DNA from: a virus
Strand: one strand, 5' to 3'
IMG/VR virus record: IMGVR_UViG_3300021197_001279
Span: 1-64,000 of that record
DNA: 64,000 bases
This document shows, in pieces, positions 56,445 through 64,000 of the stretch. Each line of letters starts with the position of its first letter. Position 1 is the stretch's first letter. The notes under the pieces were generated by a model, which made no database searches, was not told the DNA's origin, and saw only the letters and a list, made by a program, of their open reading frames with translations. The position numbers and the translations under genes are program-made.

Positions 56445-59410
56445 TAGTATCCTCCTCCACCACGTCTTCTGGTTGTTGAGGTAGTTGCGGCTTGCCGTCT
56501 TTGTCTTCTAGTAGAAGAAGAATCAGTTACCTGACCTCTATTTGAAACCCTAGAGCCAACTCTCTGATTTGTTGTTTGACTGGTTCCGATTATCTTTGTA
56601 GATTTAACATAAGAACTATCTAATCTCTGTGTAACTATGTTTGTGGTGGAGTATTTTACAATCGGGGATACCACTGTGGAAATATTGGAAATCGTTAGTG
56701 ATGGTATCTCACTGTATTGGGGTGTGGACAGATCTTTATTGGACACAACAAAAGTTTGGTTCCGTACGGGGAACATTAGGTTAGCGCTTGGCCCTAGGTC
56801 CATAGGGGCATCCTCATAGTACCTCATTCTACACAAAAGAGTTGAGTCTTCTGTTACATCCGATGTCTTTAGCATCTCGAAAATAGGCTGCGTTACAATC
56901 TCTACACCGTTTGAATCAGTAGCAAAGCCAGTGATTTTTTCAATTTTTTGCATGGCTTTGAAAGCAATCTCAAATGCATTTAGGGATGATACTTCCTTGA
57001 GCGGGTCAACGGGCGACTGTAAAATGTTGTTTTTGACAGAATTAGACCTTGAGTTAATCAGCGCCTTGGTTTGTATTGGTTGATTGGCCACATCTTCAGC
57101 ACTGTATTTTGCGGAACCTAGAATGTAAGATAAAACATTATCAGCGGAGGCAAAATTATAAGCAGCTGACCCAAGAGTAGGATTGTTATTAAAAGTAGCA
57201 ACAATTTGCCCTACTGCTAGTTGGGTATCTTCGGTCGCCGGTGGTGTGAATTCATTGTCAACATTAATAAATTCAGAATTCTCTCCTAAGTAATGGACAC
57301 TTTCAATTAATGTTTTTTGTGCCTCTTCTTCATTCTGGCCTGAGGTGTCTTGTACTTCAGTTTTTAATGATGGATTAGAAAAGCCAAAGCCACGCATTAA
57401 ATTTTTTGCCAAACCATGATTATTTTTCTTTCCGACTCTTGTCCGACCTGTCGTGGTTTGACTGGAGGTTCTTCTTATACTAGTTGCAATTTGTCGTGCA
57501 CCAGCCACAAGGTCGTTTGTTTTCTTCAAATCAAGGCTATCAACATTCTCAATTGATACCGTCTCGTCCCTGTACTGTAATGATAAAGGCGAAAAGTAAG
57601 AAACCTTTACGGACTCAAGTGTAGTCAATGCACTCTGCATTTCCTTAGGCAGGGACTTTAACTCTTCTGCTGTTGCAATGTTGGAATCGTAATAAAATCT
57701 ACTAAGTTCCTGTGACCCTCTACTAAGTAAATCTTCTGGTCTTAAAACTGGTAGGCCCTTTGTTACAACTGGTGGTATGTAATTGTACGAACGATTGTAA
57801 TCAAAGAAATTAACATTGTCCTCGAAAGTCTTATTAAGAAAGATACGAGCCGGCATGAAAGTCGTCTTGGTTGTTTTTGGTGTCTTGCTGTTGTATTCAT
57901 TACGAACACCGAAGCGCTCAAACATGAGACTGCTTAAATCGTCTAAATCGGCAATAAATTTTTCTGATGTTGTTGGGTTGTAAGAGGCAACAGAGAAGCC
58001 TTTAATTTTTTCATTAATGAGTCTTCTTTTCTCTGTGTCGTTAAAATCTTTGAAATACTGTAAATTATTGTAGTAAACTTCTATGATTGAAGATACATCA
58101 GCAGGGACAAAGACTCCATCCCTAAGCCTTCTCATCTCATAATCATAAGAGCCTTTCCTGCTTAATGCGTGATGTATCTCTTTCATTCTGCTCAAAGAAG
58201 AGCGAAGTTGTAAAATTATGTTATCGATGTATTCTTGTGATTTATCTTTAATTGTTAACTCAACTGAATATTTAAAATTACCCTTGTTCTTTCTTGTTTT
58301 AGAGTCATCGGTAAACTCAAACGCACGAATGTTTCTGTTCGTGAACAGGTATCTTTCCTTCAATAGTTCTTGAGGCCTCAGGGAATAAGGCGCTATGTCT
58401 GTAGAAGAGGCAATTATGACACTCTTTTTCGTATTGAGTGTGCTATTTTGGTAAGACCCCATTTTTCCTTTAACTAATCTAACATTGGCATTAAACCTCT
58501 TGACAATCATTTGGGAGATTTGAATCTGGTTTAGAAAGTCGTTAAACATCCTCGCACTTAAATCTGCTATCTTTGTACCAAGTTTTGTTCTAGTAAGCAA
58601 TAGTTGCTTCATGTTGACGAAAAACATTCCATTCAAATCATCATTGTTATTAACAGACAAATGAAGGTTGCTAATCACTGGGTTATTTTGGATTGAGTCT
58701 CTTTGTCTATCAGAAAAGCTTCTCCCTCTTCGGTCTACTAGTTTTAGGTTTTGAACGGTTGCTGTTCTAAGCACGCTATGGGGTGCTGCTGTGTGTCTAG
58801 ATCCTTCCATGTACATTCCGTCATGTTGATGGACAGGGCCACTCCAGACCGTATTATCAGGCTTGTAGAACACAGTAGATGTCTTAACAGCAGTGCCTCT
58901 TGCTAATACCCGTTCTGAAACCAGTGCTCCGTGATAAGAGGACAACTCGCCGGTCATGTCAAGTTGTAAAAAGCCACTAAGAGCCTTTGTATCAATGTAG
59001 CATACTGCAAAGATGGACAAATTTTCTGTATCAGAAGGGACGGTAAACTTAACTTTTTTTACATAAGCACCGTTTAATTTTTTAAATTGTTTAATCGGAA
59101 ATTCATGAATCTTAGTGGTATCATCAAAGAAAGCGTTTTTTTGTAATTCTGATGGTAGTGGAGAAACAGTGCCCTCAGTCAAACGCTGTGAAAGCGATGG
59201 TCTTCTGGTTTCAATCAAGGCAACCTTTAAAAAATCAGAAAACAAAGAGTTGTAGCCCCAGATGGTTCTATCCCCTTCCGTGGCATCAAACAACTCCAAG
59301 TTAACTGAGCATGTAAAGGACTTGGTTGTGTTATCATCCAAGACTATTCTGGCAATGTAACAGTTCGGGACATTTTCCAAACCTACTAATTCATTCGGCA
59401 TTAGTCGCAA
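56444..59410 (-). CDS. Large hypothetical virion-associated protein
   Basis: 988-aa ORF coupled to neighbours; Arg/Thr-rich tail. Confidence 0.6.
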   Translation of the reverse strand: MRLMPNELVGLENVPNCYIARIVLDDNTTKSFTCSVNLELFDATEGDRTIWGYNSLFSDFLKVALIETRRPSLSQRLTEGTVSPLPSELQKNAFFDDTTKIHEFPIKQFKKLNGAYVKKVKFTVPSDTENLSIFAVCYIDTKALSGFLQLDMTGELSSYHGALVSERVLARGTAVKTSTVFYKPDNTVWSGPVHQHDGMYMEGSRHTAAPHSVLRTATVQNLKLVDRRGRSFSDRQRDSIQNNPVISNLHLSVNNNDDLNGMFFVNMKQLLLTRTKLGTKIADLSARMFNDFLNQIQISQMIVKRFNANVRLVKGKMGSYQNSTLNTKKSVIIASSTDIAPYSLRPQELLKERYLFTNRNIRAFEFTDDSKTRKNKGNFKYSVELTIKDKSQEYIDNIILQLRSSLSRMKEIHHALSRKGSYDYEMRRLRDGVFVPADVSSIIEVYYNNLQYFKDFNDTEKRRLINEKIKGFSVASYNPTTSEKFIADLDDLSSLMFERFGVRNEYNSKTPKTTKTTFMPARIFLNKTFEDNVNFFDYNRSYNYIPPVVTKGLPVLRPEDLLSRGSQELSRFYYDSNIATAEELKSLPKEMQSALTTLESVKVSYFSPLSLQYRDETVSIENVDSLDLKKTNDLVAGARQIATSIRRTSSQTTTGRTRVGKKNNHGLAKNLMRGFGFSNPSLKTEVQDTSGQNEEEAQKTLIESVHYLGENSEFINVDNEFTPPATEDTQLAVGQIVATFNNNPTLGSAAYNFASADNVLSYILGSAKYSAEDVANQPIQTKALINSRSNSVKNNILQSPVDPLKEVSSLNAFEIAFKAMQKIEKITGFATDSNGVEIVTQPIFEMLKTSDVTEDSTLLCRMRYYEDAPMDLGPSANLMFPVRNQTFVVSNKDLSTPQYSEIPSLTISNISTVVSPIVKYSTTNIVTQRLDSSYVKSTKIIGTSQTTNQRVGSRVSNRGQVTDSSSTRRQRRQAATTSTTRRRGGGGY

Positions 59411-60366
59411 ACCTCCACATCAGTAACTCTTGTTCCGTAAATGTCAAAATCAATAGCCTCACGGTCTGGGCAGTTAACTTCGGCATCAATAAAGATTTCT
59501 TTTGACTTTAGGCTCTCAAGACCATCGCAAATGTCACTCTCTGGTATCTCACTGTCTGTTAGAAAGTTAAAGTAATGCTCGACATAATCAGGAGTTGGGT
59601 CTACCGAAACAGGAGTTGAGTCAACCATTAAGTCGTCAACTATTGTTTTTTGTTCTGGTAGGAATTTTAGCGATTTAAATGTTTCATTTCCAGAAACCTC
59701 GTCATACATAAACACTTCCACTTCTAGACCGTCTTTAAACTTAAACCCATTTAACTCAAGAAGTTCAACGAGTATTTGATCTTCATCAATTTTTATGTAT
59801 GTGTTGTCAGGCTTAGTGGCACTCACAGATTTGTTGAGGCTTGATAGTCTACCTCGAACCCTTGGGTCATTTGCGGTATTGCCAACGCTCATTGTGTACT
59901 CTACATCACAATTGATTTGCGGAATGTGCTTTTCGTAATAAGAACCAGTCAGTGTAGACTCAACGCTACCAGAGATTTTACCTTGAATAAAAGATGTCTT
60001 AAACCTTGGAGGCTCATCTTTTGCCGCATCGGAAGTCCCAAGGGGTTCGGTTAAAAAATGAACCCTTTGTTGTGTACTTGGTCTTCTGATTTTCTTAACT
60101 GAAAGGTAGTTTTCTGACTGGGTGATTGTACTACCGGGAGAATCTATGTCTCTCTGTGGTCTTAGGCGTGGTGTTTCTTCAATAATTCTGGTTCTGATAG
60201 CGGTGCTATCCTCGGTAAACCCACCAGCAGCAGCATCATAAAGAATGTCATCATCAAAAAATGCATAATAAGCCGGCTTCAATCTGCCGAGAGAAAGAAG
60301 ATGACGACCGTATGGGGTCAATTCAATTGAGATAACATCTTGTTTTTTATCAAAAAATGTTGTCAA
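59401..60366 (-). CDS. Baseplate-associated protein, N-terminus similar to 53559-54509
   Basis: 'FFDKKQDVISIELTPYGRHLLSLG.LKPAYYAFFDDDILY'. Confidence 0.55.
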   Translation of the reverse strand: MTTFFDKKQDVISIELTPYGRHLLSLGRLKPAYYAFFDDDILYDAAAGGFTEDSTAIRTRIIEETPRLRPQRDIDSPGSTITQSENYLSVKKIRRPSTQQRVHFLTEPLGTSDAAKDEPPRFKTSFIQGKISGSVESTLTGSYYEKHIPQINCDVEYTMSVGNTANDPRVRGRLSSLNKSVSATKPDNTYIKIDEDQILVELLELNGFKFKDGLEVEVFMYDEVSGNETFKSLKFLPEQKTIVDDLMVDSTPVSVDPTPDYVEHYFNFLTDSEIPESDICDGLESLKSKEIFIDAEVNCPDREAIDFDIYGTRVTDVEVCD

Positions 60367-63300
60367 AGCCCAACTCCTCCGCCACCAGAAAATCCAGGAC
60401 CAGAGCCTCCTCCAGAATTACTACCACCAGATGTCCCTCCGGCTAACAAAGAAGCAGCAGTGGAACCAGCAGAAGCAGCAGGTGTTGGTTTAGCTGCTTG
60501 AACAACAGCTTTTTGTCTTGTACTCTTTGGAACGTCGGCTTTTATGTCTTGCATTATTTTATTATCCACCGGTGGAGGGAGGTTTCCAAGATTGACTTCC
60601 GCATCTATTTTAACTAGTTCTACGAGCGAAAAGAAATCGTAAGGCCAGTTGTAAGTAATCCCCGTGTCATCACCTAGTTGACCAGAAGTAGTGCCCTCTA
60701 AATCAATACCTGATGTATCTGCTGTAGTTCCTTTCTTATCAACAACTTTATCGAAATAATTTGTCTTTGCTCTTTTCTTGGCTTTAAAAATCATCCATTG
60801 AATCTTGCTATCAAGATTTGTTTGAATGTTTTTACGAACCTCTCCAGCTTGAATCTCTGCTCCGCCACCAAGTAATTCTTCGCTAACAAGAGAGTGGCCA
60901 ATAGTAACCTCTGACTCTTCGAAAGAACGACCAATTTGTGGGGGTAGATTCTGCCACATGTTAGTTACATCTTCTCTGGTAAGATTATGCTTGAATTCAA
61001 AAACATACATTGCAAATGGATCAATCTCGTTGTATTTTACAAAGTCCATTGAAGGGGGAAATACATACTTTTTCATGTTGCGAACCATGTCAACAATAGA
61101 CTTTCCTGTCTTCGGTTCAACAAGGGGAGGGTACACACCTGGTGCAACTTCTCTTCTAATGCCATCTAGGGCCTCATCGATGTCTCGTCGAGCGATTGAG
61201 AAGAATTTACGAGTACCGTCTTGTTCTAAGAAAGGCACTGCAACAACAGCCTCAGAAATTTCTTTTACTAGCGGGGCTTCACCAAGACGAACTGGTTCTT
61301 TAGAGAATCCGCATAGATCTGCCAAAGAGCGTACATAAGTATCCTGCTCTGTTCGACGTATTCCTAGTTGTCCTGTCATCCAGTCGGACGGCAGATCAGT
61401 TACTTGAAGGAAAATTCCTTTTGCTGGGTCTGTTTCTATCACACCTTTTTGGTGCCACATGCCTCTCGCTGATGATTCTGAAGCAAATGTCGGAATTGTT
61501 AAAGCACTATCTTCTAGACTGCTGTATGAATTGAAGTTCAGCATTGGAGTTTCGAATTTAGGCTGTATGATCCACCTTGCTTTCCTGTTGTTTGTGACAT
61601 CTGTTGTCACATCAATGGTTTCTTCTCCAACATTCTGTGGGTTAATCTCGCCTTTTGAGAAAAGGTTAACGCTTGAGTTAAGTTGCATGGCATTGTAGTT
61701 GATATAATAACTATTTTGTGGTGCTGAAACGACAGGAGGCTTTGGGACTGTAAATTGTCTTGATGTGTAGTTATAAAAACCTGTTGCGCCCAAGTTTGAA
61801 TTAGACCTGCCACTTGAAGAAGTTATGACCGTGTTGTCTAAAACACTAAGTATCAACTCTCTCCATACGTTATCAGAGCCTGAGTATTCACTGTAGGTTC
61901 CAGTTGCAAAGTGAAATCCTTCATAACCAGTCAAATCACGTACTGTTGAATTTTCTGGTGTCCAATGTCTTGTAAAGTAAGGGTACTTTGAAACGTTAGT
62001 TAGAATCTCATCAAGTGAATACTTTCTTGATTCTGTCGGCCTAAAGATGACATCACACCAAGCCTCTCCATTATAATAAGGTGGGGTAAACGGATAATTT
62101 GAACCGCTAAAAGAGTCTGGTCTTTGAAAAGTTCTTGAGCCTAATAGGCACTCGTTACCAAGAGATGGTATTCCGAAAGCCGATGGTCTGGAGTACATCG
62201 TAAAGTTTTCTCGTGCACCACCAATAGCATTTTCATCTTGGGGCGGTATGACTAAAAAATCAGCAGGAGCATTTGTCGTGTTTGCCGCGTACTGGTCCTT
62301 AAGAGAATCGGTTGATTTGTACATCTTGATTCTCATCATGTAGTACTTGCCGGCCTCTGCGTTACCGAATGATGGATTTTGTGACTCAAGCGAGGCTAGA
62401 GTTGTGAAATTACTATCTTTTAAGAAAAACTCTGGAACTTCAGCCAAGAAGTTATTGGCCAACTTCTTGTATAGATTATCGCCATCTCCGGCCCAAATAG
62501 CGGTTAGTTCTTCATCTTGAAGACCGAATGGGTGAGGCTCCTGGGTGGAATATTCATCCTGCGCTAAGAATGTCTCTGGCTCAACAAGTGCTTCAAAGGG
62601 TATTCTCTTACTGAATACTGAGTTTAGTTGATTATTAAATCCCTTATCATGAGCAGAGCCAGTACACAGAGAAGAACCTGTGATAACAAAGTTTATTTTG
62701 TCTTCAGAGCCGCCGAGTGTTACATCGAATGACCCGACTTCAATCGCACCGGCACCACCGTCTTTAGCAAATAAGACTGGGTAGTCACATGCAACACCGG
62801 CCTTAATGGTGTTAAATAAGGCACCTGGTGCAAACAATGGTTCTATCAATGGCTGGACGGCAAATGGCTGGTCTCCTGATGCAATTGTGCCTGTCTGGAA
62901 TAACTGGATGTTATTTGCATATGATGAATAAAACTGCTGACTCATTTGAGTTGCTCTTTCTGCCGGGTAGAAACCCTCGTATGGAAGAAATTTCTTAACA
63001 GCCTTACATCTCAAAGCAAGAGAGATTGGATTAGCAAAATCCTCATGATCTTTCTTGATCAAATCAAAGTGCTTTAAGAATTCACTGTTCGATAGAACTT
63101 TATAGAACGTTGAAGAACCACTAGTGGTCGTATTCTGCTCTAAGGCACCAGATAACTCAAAAATCTCTTTTAGTTCCTCAGTGACACCTTTGGTCTCGTA
63201 AGTATTTACGTGAGAACTGATTCTAAACTCTGGTACAATTGAGTAGCCTTGACCTTTCAATCGGATGTTTTGATTGAATTCTTCATAAGAATCATAAGAT

Positions 63301-64000
63301 GGACCAGAACCGTGTTGCTTTGCTGCATCCCAAGCTGCGAGGCCTTCAAACAATGAACCGGTTGCAATCGCTGTTTTCCCTGCCGTCTCTGCAATGTCCA
63401 TGCCCGGTTGAGGTGAAACAGATTGAATTGTGTTGAGAGTATGTCTTCGAGAATAAAAAGCGGATGATGTTAAGAACTGGTGCCTTGTTGGGGTTGGTGA
63501 GACTTCATAAATTGAAGGAGTACCATCGGCAGCGTATTGACCTCTGGCAATTTGACTATAAGAATTCATTAACATTCCAGCGCCACCAGCAGAAGCCGAC
63601 AGTGCAGTGTTGAAAACTGTTGCACTAGTTCCTGTTTGTTTACCAGTATCATAGCCGCCTATACCTACTGCGGATACACCAGATACCAAAATACTGCCAC
63701 CTCTAGAGCCGCCAACATAGTAACCGTAAGCAAAAATGCTATTAAAGTTAGTAGATGCACTGGCGATACTTCTTGTTGCCCAATCTTGTTGAACATCGAG
63801 AGGCCACATTGATTGAGACGGAACCGTAATTCCAAAGCCATTGCTAGTTCCAGATTCTGCCCTGTTCTCTCTTGCATCTCTCCAAGAGGTATTCACAAAG
63901 AACGTTCGTGATCTTGTCTTGTCAAGAAAAGCAAATTCCTGCTTTGGCCAAATCTGTTGCTTGTACGAAAGGAATTGGAATCTATCCATTGGTGATGAAT
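60363..64000 (-). CDS. C-terminal part of a very large virion (baseplate wedge-like) protein, 5'-truncated by the window edge
   Basis: Frame is open upstream of the track's Met to base 64000; rich in [ST]GS/[ST]AS; ends near 'YNWPYDFFSLVEL' plus a Gly/Ser tail. Confidence 0.65.
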   Translation of the reverse strand, partial: SSPMDRFQFLSYKQQIWPKQEFAFLDKTRSRTFFVNTSWRDARENRAESGTSNGFGITVPSQSMWPLDVQQDWATRSIASASTNFNSIFAYGYYVGGSRGGSILVSGVSAVGIGGYDTGKQTGTSATVFNTALSASAGGAGMLMNSYSQIARGQYAADGTPSIYEVSPTPTRHQFLTSSAFYSRRHTLNTIQSVSPQPGMDIAETAGKTAIATGSLFEGLAAWDAAKQHGSGPSYDSYEEFNQNIRLKGQGYSIVPEFRISSHVNTYETKGVTEELKEIFELSGALEQNTTTSGSSTFYKVLSNSEFLKHFDLIKKDHEDFANPISLALRCKAVKKFLPYEGFYPAERATQMSQQFYSSYANNIQLFQTGTIASGDQPFAVQPLIEPLFAPGALFNTIKAGVACDYPVLFAKDGGAGAIEVGSFDVTLGGSEDKINFVITGSSLCTGSAHDKGFNNQLNSVFSKRIPFEALVEPETFLAQDEYSTQEPHPFGLQDEELTAIWAGDGDNLYKKLANNFLAEVPEFFLKDSNFTTLASLESQNPSFGNAEAGKYYMMRIKMYKSTDSLKDQYAANTTNAPADFLVIPPQDENAIGGARENFTMYSRPSAFGIPSLGNECLLGSRTFQRPDSFSGSNYPFTPPYYNGEAWCDVIFRPTESRKYSLDEILTNVSKYPYFTRHWTPENSTVRDLTGYEGFHFATGTYSEYSGSDNVWRELILSVLDNTVITSSSGRSNSNLGATGFYNYTSRQFTVPKPPVVSAPQNSYYINYNAMQLNSSVNLFSKGEINPQNVGEETIDVTTDVTNNRKARWIIQPKFETPMLNFNSYSSLEDSALTIPTFASESSARGMWHQKGVIETDPAKGIFLQVTDLPSDWMTGQLGIRRTEQDTYVRSLADLCGFSKEPVRLGEAPLVKEISEAVVAVPFLEQDGTRKFFSIARRDIDEALDGIRREVAPGVYPPLVEPKTGKSIVDMVRNMKKYVFPPSMDFVKYNEIDPFAMYVFEFKHNLTREDVTNMWQNLPPQIGRSFEESEVTIGHSLVSEELLGGGAEIQAGEVRKNIQTNLDSKIQWMIFKAKKRAKTNYFDKVVDKKGTTADTSGIDLEGTTSGQLGDDTGITYNWPYDFFSLVELVKIDAEVNLGNLPPPVDNKIMQDIKADVPKSTRQKAVVQAAKPTPAASAGSTAASLLAGGTSGGSNSGGGSGPGFSGGGGVGL

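Noticed and set aside
1-64000. Stop-codon reassignment
   Set aside because: Core genes are full length in the standard code, and TAA, TAG and TGA all end genes.
1-64000. CRISPR array, introns/inteins, integrase or transposase
   Set aside because: No regularly spaced repeats seen; terminase, portal, capsid and primase are uninterrupted; no recombinase motifs recognised.

Overview
A 64-kb segment of a large lytic myovirus (contractile-tailed dsDNA phage with a distantly T4-like virion module). It is densely coding and almost entirely on the minus strand. In transcription order (right to left) it holds: large baseplate/tail-collar-like virion genes (51237-64000); a small island with sigma70-type promoters (DUF6435-like protein, RuvC-like resolvase, DnaG-type primase, tRNA-Leu(UAA), thioredoxin, a single-chain Mre11-Rad50/SbcDC fusion); a holin/spanin-like membrane trio; large terminase, portal, prohead protease and a phage-encoded ribosomal protein bS21; a block of fibre/decoration proteins; scaffold, major capsid, neck, tail terminator, sheath, two tube paralogues, tail chaperone, tape measure, LysM-like protein and hub-like protein. 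A conserved CTA(T/A)TTA motif precedes many structural genes and is the likely late promoter. Features missed by the ORF track: an ORF running off the left edge, a 56-aa ORF possibly joined to the tail chaperone by a +1 slip at a U7 run, a 19-aa Cys-Cys peptide, a 55-aa plus-strand membrane protein with its own copy of the late motif, and a 59-aa DUF6435-like gene. Most notable hypotheses: (i) [S/T]-[G/A]-S tripeptides appear strongly enriched in outer virion proteins, possibly marking surface modification such as glycosylation; (ii) shared N-terminal leaders may target unrelated cargo proteins into the head; (iii) a switch-like anti-Shine-Dalgarno leader follows the capsid gene; (iv) a perfect sigma70 promoter points antisense into the tail genes. 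All family assignments come from recognising motifs and synteny by eye; no database searches were run.
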